Position numbers and translations under genes: made by a program
Source: an uncultured Lachnospiraceae bacterium
GTDB lineage: Bacteria; Bacillota; Clostridia; Lachnospirales; Lachnospiraceae
Length of the DNA: 42,930 nucleotides
Direction of reading: 5' to 3'
Assembly (NCBI GenBank): GCA_964604605.1
Contig: CAZSAF010000001.1
Coordinates: 1 to 42,930 of the forward strand
In this document: positions 35,920 through 42,930 of the stretch, piece after piece
Layout of the letters: each line of letters starts with the position of its first letter
Position numbering within the stretch: position 1 is the stretch's first letter
The notes under the pieces: generated by a model
The model's input: the letters and a program-made list of their open reading frames with translations, nothing else
Told to the model about the DNA's origin: nothing
Database searches by the model: none

Positions 35920-37422
35920 ATGAGTGAACAGTGGAATGAGAATCAAAGGGATTCCCAGAACGGGGAGGAGCCTTCGGTGAAGGCCTACACCCCCAGAGAG
36001 AACACCTCCGGCAGCGTGACGGATGCCAGCAGCGTGTACCGGTACCAGGGAGGAGAGAGAACCTATACAGGAGAACACGATAGCCAGAGCGGCTTTTATG
36101 AACAGAGCGGGCCGTACAGCGGCCAGTCAGGTCAGAACCCTTACCGCGACGGCCAGGCGGACAGCGGCGGCCGCCCGTCCAAGAAGCCTAAGAAGCGGAT
36201 TTCCTGGGGCAAGGTGATCGGGATCCCGGTGGGCATTGTGGCAATCTGTGCCATCATCGGCGGAGCTACCTGGGGGATCAGCCGCCTGAAGACCAGTGAA
36301 GATGGGACCCAGGTGGCGGAGGGGACGACCCAGGAGGCCACCCAGGGGGATCCGGTGATCTCCGCCAGCCAGGTGACGTCCAGCGCGGACACCTCGGCCA
36401 GCGTGATGGATGTGTCCGATGTGGTGGAAGCCAATATGAGTGCCATGGTGGCCATTACCACCACTGAGGTCTATAACAATTACGACAACTATTACAATTA
36501 CTTCTTTGGAAACGGCGGCCAGCAGGAGGTCACTGGCGCCGGATCCGGCATCATTATTGGGGACAATGGCTCGGAGCTGTGGATTCTCACCAACAACCAT
36601 GTGGTGTCCGGAGCGGATTCGGTGAAGGCTACCTTTGTGGATGGCTCCACGGTGGATGCCTACGTAAAGGGGACCAATGAAAACCCGGATCTGGCTATGG
36701 TCGGCGTTTCCATGGACTCCCTCAGTGAGGATACCATCAATTCCATCACCAAAGTGTCCATGGGCGATTCGGATTCCCTGCGGTTGGGCGAGGGTGTCAT
36801 TGCCATCGGCAATGCCCTGGGACTGGGCCAGTCGGTGAGCACCGGTGTAGTCAGCGCTCTGGATCGGGATGTGCAGACTTCCGATGGTGATACCATGGAA
36901 GGTCTGATTCAGACGGATGCGGCCATCAACCCTGGAAACAGCGGCGGCGCCCTTTTGGATATGGAAGGCAACCTGATCGGCATCAACGTAGCGAAAACAT
37001 CCGATACGGACGTGGAGGGCATGGGCTTTGCCATCCCTATCTCCAAAGTACAGGATATCATTGAGGAGCTGACCACAGAAGAACCTCGGGAGCAGGTGTC
37101 AGAGGAACAGTACCCGTACCTGGGCGTGCAGCTGAAGGATCTGGACAGCAATTTCAGCAGCATGTACGGAATGCCCAGCGGTATTCTGGTGTATGCGGTG
37201 GAAGAGAACAGCCCGGCGGCGGAAGCCGGTATGCAGGCACAGGATATTATCACCAAGTTTGACGGCCACAGCGTATCCAATTACACAGAGCTGAATGAGC
37301 AGATGTCCTACTATGCCGGCGGCACCACGGTGACCATCACAGTGGAGCGTGTGGAGAACGGTCAGTATGTGGAGCACGACCTGACCGTTACCCTGGGCCT
37401 GCGGTCGGACTACCAGGGATAA
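35920..37422 (+). CDS. htrA: HtrA/DegP-like membrane-anchored serine protease with PDZ domain
   Basis: GSGIII, TNNHV, DLAMV, QTDAAINPGNSGG, C-terminal PDZ (YLGV, SPAAEAG, DIITKFDG). Confidence 0.92.
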   Translation: MSEQWNENQRDSQNGEEPSVKAYTPRENTSGSVTDASSVYRYQGGERTYTGEHDSQSGFYEQSGPYSGQSGQNPYRDGQADSGGRPSKKPKKRISWGKVIGIPVGIVAICAIIGGATWGISRLKTSEDGTQVAEGTTQEATQGDPVISASQVTSSADTSASVMDVSDVVEANMSAMVAITTTEVYNNYDNYYNYFFGNGGQQEVTGAGSGIIIGDNGSELWILTNNHVVSGADSVKATFVDGSTVDAYVKGTNENPDLAMVGVSMDSLSEDTINSITKVSMGDSDSLRLGEGVIAIGNALGLGQSVSTGVVSALDRDVQTSDGDTMEGLIQTDAAINPGNSGGALLDMEGNLIGINVAKTSDTDVEGMGFAIPISKVQDIIEELTTEEPREQVSEEQYPYLGVQLKDLDSNFSSMYGMPSGILVYAVEENSPAAEAGMQAQDIITKFDGHSVSNYTELNEQMSYYAGGTTVTITVERVENGQYVEHDLTVTLGLRSDYQG

Positions 37423-37501
37423 GGCTGAGAAACCGGGGATTTCCCGGAGACAGGAACGGATCCTTTCTGAGTATAGAAGATGCGTATCAAATGTCCACAA
37501 A

Positions 37502-37533
37502 AAAGGGGCGCCGGCAGCAAACCGGCGCCCTTT
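37502..37533. terminator. Bidirectional terminator
   Basis: AAAGGGGCGCCGG-N7-CCGGCGCCCTTT between convergent htrA and the DUF4364 gene. Confidence 0.75.
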
Positions 37534-37603
37534 GCCGTGGGCAGATTTTGGATGGTAACGGGCAGGGCCTGCGCCATTTACGGCATACAGGCTCCGGGCC
37601 GGT

Positions 37604-38128
37604 TCAGCTCTCCTTGAGCAGTTCTTTCATGATAAACGCGTAGATGGTCTGGTTTGCGTCCTGCCAGCGGTCGCACATCAGCTCCGCCTGATCCTCGCTG
37701 GGGACAGAAAGCTCCAGTTTAACCAGGGTGCTTTTCCCCTCCCGCACCTCGCATTCCACCATGTAATCCCCGGTAGTGGCCTTGTAATAGTCGGCCACCA
37801 CGCCCACCTCATTCCGGAGACGGATTTTGTTTTCCTTGAGGAACTGATCCATATCCGCCGTGATCCCCTCGGAAATGCTGCTGCCAAAGTATACCAGGGT
37901 TTCCTCCCCTTCCCGGGTAATTTCATACCGGGAGCTGTTGCGGATGGTCTCCTGGGTAATCAGATGCGCCTCCAGCAGGTCGTTCAGGGCTTCCTGCAGC
38001 GTGAAATAGGTGGTATATTCCTTCTCCAGGAAAAACTCAGACAGCTGGGAATTGGACAGTGGAAATTTGGACTGCTTCAGCAGGTACAGGATCATCAGTT
38101 TATACAAAGTCAGCGGATCTGAAAGCAT
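37604..38128 (-). CDS. DUF4364 family winged-helix protein
   Basis: YKLMILYLL, PLSNSQLSEF, YFTLQ, YEITREGEETL, AELMCDRW; ATG after AAGGAGG. Confidence 0.8.
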   Translation of the reverse strand: MLSDPLTLYKLMILYLLKQSKFPLSNSQLSEFFLEKEYTTYFTLQEALNDLLEAHLITQETIRNSSRYEITREGEETLVYFGSSISEGITADMDQFLKENKIRLRNEVGVVADYYKATTGDYMVECEVREGKSTLVKLELSVPSEDQAELMCDRWQDANQTIYAFIMKELLKES

Positions 38129-38411
38129 GACGGCCTCCTTTAAGGATTTTGGGGACTGGTGGGCGGTTCCCTCCCGGTCCGGGAGAAAACCGCCCGGGTA
38201 CATCATAACAATTTCTGACCATGAAATCAAGAAAATCTTCAAAAAACATCTTTACTATTTCCGGAGACCTGTGCTAAGATAAGAATGTACATTCTGATGT
38301 GAATCTGCTCGGTGCCGCTTTCGGCGGCTCAAACAGGTCGCCTACCCCGGTGGGCTATTCTAATGGATTTCCCCAAAAATAAAATAGGAAAGATAAGAGG
38401 AGCTATTCTGT

Positions 38412-40016
38412 ATGCAGGATCAATATATGAAGAAACCACTGGCAGAACTGCGGAAGCTTGCCAGGGAAAAAGGCTTGAAAGGAATCAGCAGCCTTCGGAA
38501 AAATGAACTGGCTCAGATGCTGGCGGAGGCGGAGAACCGGGGGCAGGCGGAAGTCCCGGCCCAGATGGAGGCGCCGTCCAAGCGGGAGGGCGCGGCATCC
38601 CGCAATACCACCCTGCGGATCAACCGGCGGAATTCCGGCGCCACTGGCGGAACGGGACGGAACACCCGGCATTTTGAGCCGGCGTCCGGAAGCCGGAACC
38701 ATTACAGCAGCAGCCACACCAGCCGGAATGGAAACGGATACCGGAACCGGAATGAAAACAATCCGCCGCAGAAGGAGACGGAGCAGCCGGAGGCAGCGGA
38801 GAATCCCCGGATCCGCAGTGAACAGGTGGAGGCGGTGCAGAGCGAGGAGGCCCTTCCCCGTCCCGCAGCAGTGGATGATCTGAGCGTGCTGGACAGCGGC
38901 GAGGATGCCAACGGCATCCTGGAGGTAATGCAGGATGGCTTTGGCTTTATCCGCTGTGAGAACTATATGCCCGGGGACAACGATGTGTATGTGTCTCCCT
39001 CCCAGATCCGCCGTTTCAATATGAAAACCGGTGATATTGTCACCGGTGCCATCCGCATTAAGACCGGCCAGGAAAAGTTTGCGGCGCTGCTCTATGTAAA
39101 GTCCATCAACGGGGAGCCGCCTTCGGTTGCGGAAAAGAGAAAGAATTTTGAGGATCTGACGCCCATCTTCCCCAACTCCCGGATTGTGCTGGAGACGCCG
39201 GGGGGCAAGCTGCCTATGCGGATTGTAGATCTGCTCTGCCCCATCGGCAAGGGACAGCGGGGAATGATCGTCTCCCCGCCCAAGGCGGGCAAGACCACGC
39301 TGTTAAAGCAGGTGGCCAAGGCGGTGACCACCAACTATCCGGATATGCATCTGATTATCCTCCTGATTGACGAGCGCCCGGAGGAAGTGACGGATATGAA
39401 GGAGTCCATTGAAGGGGAAAACGTGGAGGTGATCTACTCCACCTTTGATGAGCTTCCGGAGCACCACAAGCGGGTGTCCGAGATGGTGCTAGGCCGAGCC
39501 AAACGGCTGGTGGAGCACGGCCGGGATGTGATCATTCTGCTGGACAGCATTACCCGGCTGGCCCGGGCTTACAACCTGACGGTGACCGCCAGCGGCCGCA
39601 CGCTTTCCGGCGGTCTGGATCCGGCGGCCCTGTACATGCCCAAAAAGTTTTTCGGTGCGGCCCGGAACATGCGGGAGGGCGGCAGCCTGACGGTGCTGGC
39701 CACAGCGCTGGTGGACACCGGCAGCCGGATGGATGACGTGGTGTTTGAGGAATTCAAGGGCACCGGCAACATGGAGCTGGTGCTGGATCGGAAGCTTTCG
39801 GAGAAGCGGATCTTCCCGGCCATTGACCTGCTGAAGTCCGGCACCCGCCGGGATGACCTGCTGCTGAGCCGGGAGGAGTACGAGGCGGTCTACATTCTTC
39901 GGAAGGCCCTCAACGGCATGAAATCGGAGGAGGCGGCGGAGCATATCCTGGATATGTTCGCCCGCACCCGGAACAACCGGGAGTTTGTGCAGATGGCCAA
40001 GAAAATCCGTCTGTAG
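38412..40016 (+). CDS. rho: Transcription termination factor Rho with N-terminal insertion
   Basis: [56 protein letters not shown]. Confidence 0.96.
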   Translation: MQDQYMKKPLAELRKLAREKGLKGISSLRKNELAQMLAEAENRGQAEVPAQMEAPSKREGAASRNTTLRINRRNSGATGGTGRNTRHFEPASGSRNHYSSSHTSRNGNGYRNRNENNPPQKETEQPEAAENPRIRSEQVEAVQSEEALPRPAAVDDLSVLDSGEDANGILEVMQDGFGFIRCENYMPGDNDVYVSPSQIRRFNMKTGDIVTGAIRIKTGQEKFAALLYVKSINGEPPSVAEKRKNFEDLTPIFPNSRIVLETPGGKLPMRIVDLLCPIGKGQRGMIVSPPKAGKTTLLKQVAKAVTTNYPDMHLIILLIDERPEEVTDMKESIEGENVEVIYSTFDELPEHHKRVSEMVLGRAKRLVEHGRDVIILLDSITRLARAYNLTVTASGRTLSGGLDPAALYMPKKFFGAARNMREGGSLTVLATALVDTGSRMDDVVFEEFKGTGNMELVLDRKLSEKRIFPAIDLLKSGTRRDDLLLSREEYEAVYILRKALNGMKSEEAAEHILDMFARTRNNREFVQMAKKIRL

Positions 40017-40019
40017 CTC

Positions 40020-40048
40020 TTGCATTTCCGGAGGGACTGTGCTATAAT
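40020..40048 (+). promoter_or_regulatory. rpmE promoter
   Basis: TTGCAT-17-TATAAT with extended TG. Confidence 0.75.
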
Positions 40049-40144
40049 GTTTTCTGCTGTTTTGACAGACAGAATTGTGAAATACCATTCGGGGCAGGGG
40101 CAAACTGCTCCGCCCATTTCAAACAGGATAGAGAGGTGAAAAGA

Positions 40145-40351
40145 ATGCAGGAGAATATTCAACCCAAGTACTATCAGGCAAAGGTGACTTGCAACTGTGG
40201 AAACGAGTTTGTGACCGGTTCCACCAAGCCGGAGATTCACGTGGAGGTTTGCTCCAAGTGCCATCCTTACTATACCGGACAGCAGAAAGCGGCGGCGGCC
40301 CGCGGCCGGATTGACAAGTTCAACCGTAAGTACGGGATCAAGAACAATTAA
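40145..40351 (+). CDS. rpmE: 50S ribosomal protein L31 (Zn-binding type)
   Basis: CNCG and CSKCHPYYTGQQK, GRIDKFN; ATG at 40145 after GAGGTG. Confidence 0.95.
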   Translation: MQENIQPKYYQAKVTCNCGNEFVTGSTKPEIHVEVCSKCHPYYTGQQKAAAARGRIDKFNRKYGIKNN

Positions 40352-40364
40352 GGATTTGAGCGAC

Positions 40365-40409
40365 AGAAAGGTTGAGGTTGAGGGTTTCCAGGCACCTCAG
40401 CCTTTTTCT
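40365..40409 (+). terminator. Intrinsic terminator after rpmE
   Basis: AAGGTTGAGGT...ACCTCAGCCTT followed by TTTCT. Confidence 0.65.
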
Positions 40410-40464
40410 GTATCAGGGAAGGAACGTCCGGCTGCGGCCGGGCGGGACAGGAGGAAACGGAACT

Positions 40465-41508
40465 ATGAAGTCGTCGGGAATTGGCGGCCAGGCGGTGCTG
40501 GAGGGCATCATGATGAAGAACGGCGACCGGTATGCGGTGGCGGTCCGGAAACCGGACGGGCAGATTGCCCTGGAGGCAAAGGAGTATCCGGGCATCACCA
40601 AGGGAAGACGCTGGATGGAGGTCCCCTTTCTCCGGGGGATTTTCCGGTTTGTGGATTCCCTGGTCCTAGGTATGCGCTGCCTCAGCTTTTCCGCCAGCTT
40701 CTATGAGGAGGAAGAGGAGGACGCGGGGCAGCCGGAAAAGCAGTCGTTTCTGGAGAAGAGGCTGTCCCCGGAACAGCTGGATAAGCTGATGATGGGGGTG
40801 GCGGTGGCGGCAGCCCTGGCCCTTTCCATCGGCATCTTTATGGTGCTGCCGGTGGCGGTGGCCGGCCTGCTGCGGCCGGTGGTCTCTTCCTCTTTCGGCA
40901 TTGCGCTGCTGGAGGGGGTGATCCGCATGGCCATCTTTATTGCTTACGTGGCGCTGATCGCCTTGATGAAGGATATCAAGCGGACCTACATGTACCACGG
41001 GGCGGAGCACAAGTGCATCAACTGCATTGAGCACGGGCTGCCCCTGACGGTGGAGAATGTGCGAATCAGCTCCAAGGAGCACAAACGGTGCGGCACCAGC
41101 TTCCTGCTGCTGGTGATGGTCATCAGCATCCTGGTGTTTATGGTGATCCGTGTGGACAATATCTGGCTGCGGATGTTGAGCCGGGTGCTGCTGGTCCCCT
41201 TTATTGCCGGTATTGCCTACGAATTTATCCGGCTGGCCGGCAGCAGTGAAAACCCGCTGGTCAATGCCCTGAGCCGTCCGGGTCTGTGGCTCCAGGGACT
41301 GACCACCCGGGAGCCGGAGGATGATATGATCCAGGTGGCCATCCAGGCAGTGGAGGCGGTGTTCGACTGGAAGGCCTATGAGGCGGAGAACTTTGGTCTG
41401 ACGTTCCCGGAGGAGCCGGAGACGGTTCCCGCCCCTGGGGCGGAGGGGCAGCCGGAGGCAGCAACGGCAGCGGCGGCGGAGCCCTCCGCCACGGAGGCGG
41501 CGCTGTGA
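40465..41508 (+). CDS. DUF1385 (YqhQ-like) membrane protein
   Basis: GGQAVLEGIMM, YHGAEHK, HKRCGTSF, LQGLTTREP. Confidence 0.9.
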   Translation: MKSSGIGGQAVLEGIMMKNGDRYAVAVRKPDGQIALEAKEYPGITKGRRWMEVPFLRGIFRFVDSLVLGMRCLSFSASFYEEEEEDAGQPEKQSFLEKRLSPEQLDKLMMGVAVAAALALSIGIFMVLPVAVAGLLRPVVSSSFGIALLEGVIRMAIFIAYVALIALMKDIKRTYMYHGAEHKCINCIEHGLPLTVENVRISSKEHKRCGTSFLLLVMVISILVFMVIRVDNIWLRMLSRVLLVPFIAGIAYEFIRLAGSSENPLVNALSRPGLWLQGLTTREPEDDMIQVAIQAVEAVFDWKAYEAENFGLTFPEEPETVPAPGAEGQPEAATAAAAEPSATEAAL

Positions 41509-42410
41509 CCTATCGGGAGGCGCTGGAGGCCGGCGTCCGCAGGCTGGAGGCGGCGGGGGTTCCGGATGCACAGTGGGATGCCTTCTGCCTCTGGGAGCGG
41601 GCTTCCGGCCAGAGCCGGGCCGCCTACCTGACCCACCGGGAGGAAGCGGCGGAGAAAGCCTGGCTGGCGGAATTCCAGCGGCTGACGGCTTTGCGGGAAA
41701 AGCGGATTCCGCTGCAGCATCTTCTGGGGGAAGCCTGGTTTATGGGCCTTCCGTTCTTTGTCAATAGGGAGGTGCTGATTCCCCGGCCGGAAACGGAGCT
41801 GCTGGCGGAGCGGGTGCTGGCGGACTGGACGGACAGAAAGCCGACGGAGGCAGGCCAAGGCGGCGGCCGGCCTGCGGCGGCGGAGAATTCCGAGCCGCAG
41901 GGGCTGCGGCTGTTGGACATGTGTACCGGCTCCGGCTGCCTGGCAGTAAGCCTGGCAGTCCTGGGGCATTTTTCCCGGGTGGCGGCGGCGGATATTTCCC
42001 CGGAGGCCCTGGCGGTGGCCCGGCGCAATGCGGAGCGCAACGGCGTGGCGGTGGATTTTTTCCAGGGGGATCTGTTCGGAGGGCTGCCGGCGGGGAGTAC
42101 GTACCAGGTGCTGGTGTCCAATCCCCCGTACATTCCCACAGGGGATCTGGAGACGCTGATGCCGGAGGTGCGGGACCATGACCCGCGTCTGGCGCTGGAC
42201 GGCGGCGCGGACGGCTTGGACTTTTACCGGCGTCTGGCCTGGGAGGCGGTTCCGTTTCTGGCTCCGGAGGCCCGGGTATACTGGGAAATTGGCTGGGACC
42301 AGGGGCCGGCGGTGCGCCGGATTCTGGAGGAGGCCGGCTATGGGAACGTGCAGGTGTTGCCGGATTTGGCCGGAAAAGATCGAATGGTGACAGGAGAATG
42401 GATATGTTAG
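41505..42410 (+). CDS. prmC: Release factor glutamine methyltransferase
   Basis: PLQHLLG, VLIPRPETELL, DMCTGSG, SNPPY, ALDGGADGL. Confidence 0.94.
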   Translation: MTYREALEAGVRRLEAAGVPDAQWDAFCLWERASGQSRAAYLTHREEAAEKAWLAEFQRLTALREKRIPLQHLLGEAWFMGLPFFVNREVLIPRPETELLAERVLADWTDRKPTEAGQGGGRPAAAENSEPQGLRLLDMCTGSGCLAVSLAVLGHFSRVAAADISPEALAVARRNAERNGVAVDFFQGDLFGGLPAGSTYQVLVSNPPYIPTGDLETLMPEVRDHDPRLALDGGADGLDFYRRLAWEAVPFLAPEARVYWEIGWDQGPAVRRILEEAGYGNVQVLPDLAGKDRMVTGEWIC

Positions 42411-42930
42411 ATCGTTTGGAAGATATACTGATTCATTACGAGGAGCTTCAGGCAGAGCTCTCCACCCCGGAGGTGACGGCGGATCCCAAGCATTTCCGGA
42501 AGCTGATGAAGGAGCAGAATGACCTGCAGCCGCTGGTGGAGGCCTACCAGGCATACAAAAAGGCCAAGCAGGATGCGGAGGACAGCCTTTCCCTCCTGGA
42601 GGAGGAGAAGGACGAGGAGATGCGGGAGCTGGCCAAGGAAGAGCTGGCGGAGGCCCGGAAGCAGATGGAGGCCCGGGAGCATGAGATCCGGCTGCTGCTT
42701 CTCCCCAAGGATCCCAACGATGAGAAGAACGTGATCATGGAGATCCGGGCCGGGGCCGGCGGGGATGAGGCGGCACTCTTTTCCGCAGAGCTGTATCGGA
42801 TGTACAGCCGCTATGCGGAGCGGAACCGCTGGAAGACGGAGCTGATCAGCGTCAACGAGAACGGCATCGGCGGCTTTAAGGAGGCGGTGTTCATGATCAG
42901 CGGCCACGGCGCCTACTCCAAGCTGAAGTA
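42404..42930 (+). CDS. prfA: Peptide chain release factor 1 (runs off the window end)
   Basis: Manual translation MLDRLEDI...LLPKDPNDEKNVIMEIRAGAGGDEAALF...GGFKE...GAYSKLK; directly follows prmC. Confidence 0.93.
   Translation, partial: MLDRLEDILIHYEELQAELSTPEVTADPKHFRKLMKEQNDLQPLVEAYQAYKKAKQDAEDSLSLLEEEKDEEMRELAKEELAEARKQMEAREHEIRLLLLPKDPNDEKNVIMEIRAGAGGDEAALFSAELYRMYSRYAERNRWKTELISVNENGIGGFKEAVFMISGHGAYSKLK

Noticed and set aside
1-42930. CRISPR array, IS element, prophage or defence island
   Set aside because: I found no regularly spaced repeats and no transposase, integrase, phage or restriction-type genes by eye.

Overview
This 42.9-kb window is a GC-rich, mostly housekeeping chromosomal segment. 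Gene order and sigma70-type promoters point to a Clostridia-class Firmicute (inferred). I see no IS element, integrase, prophage or CRISPR array. In order it holds: a partial amidohydrolase; an unusual membrane Cache-type sensor fused to a NUDIX hydrolase, keeping only the last helix of a GGDEF domain; an HD protein and nfo; a GntR regulator divergent from a GarR-like dehydrogenase and a DUF1537 kinase; DUF1015 and a P-type ATPase; a THF-riboswitch-led folE-HD-folP-folBK operon running into an FAD 2-hydroxyacid dehydrogenase, EtfB and ferredoxin-EtfA; a TPR protein with an orphan KdpD-like kinase; a CPBP protease; an AI-2E transporter pseudogene; a GIY-YIG gene; a ytrABC-like ABC operon; a stand-alone OadB-family gene plus a 44-aa membrane peptide under a yybP-ykoY (Mn2+-type) riboswitch; glmM, hisC, tRNA-Gln, a thioesterase, cvfB, a GNAT, dapF, an LCP protein, htrA, DUF4364, rho, rpmE, DUF1385, prmC and partial prfA. 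The best leads are the yybP-ykoY-controlled orphan OadB module, the Cache-sensor/NUDIX fusion, and the THF-controlled folate operon carrying an ETF-linked dehydrogenase. All calls come from motif reading by eye; no database search was run.
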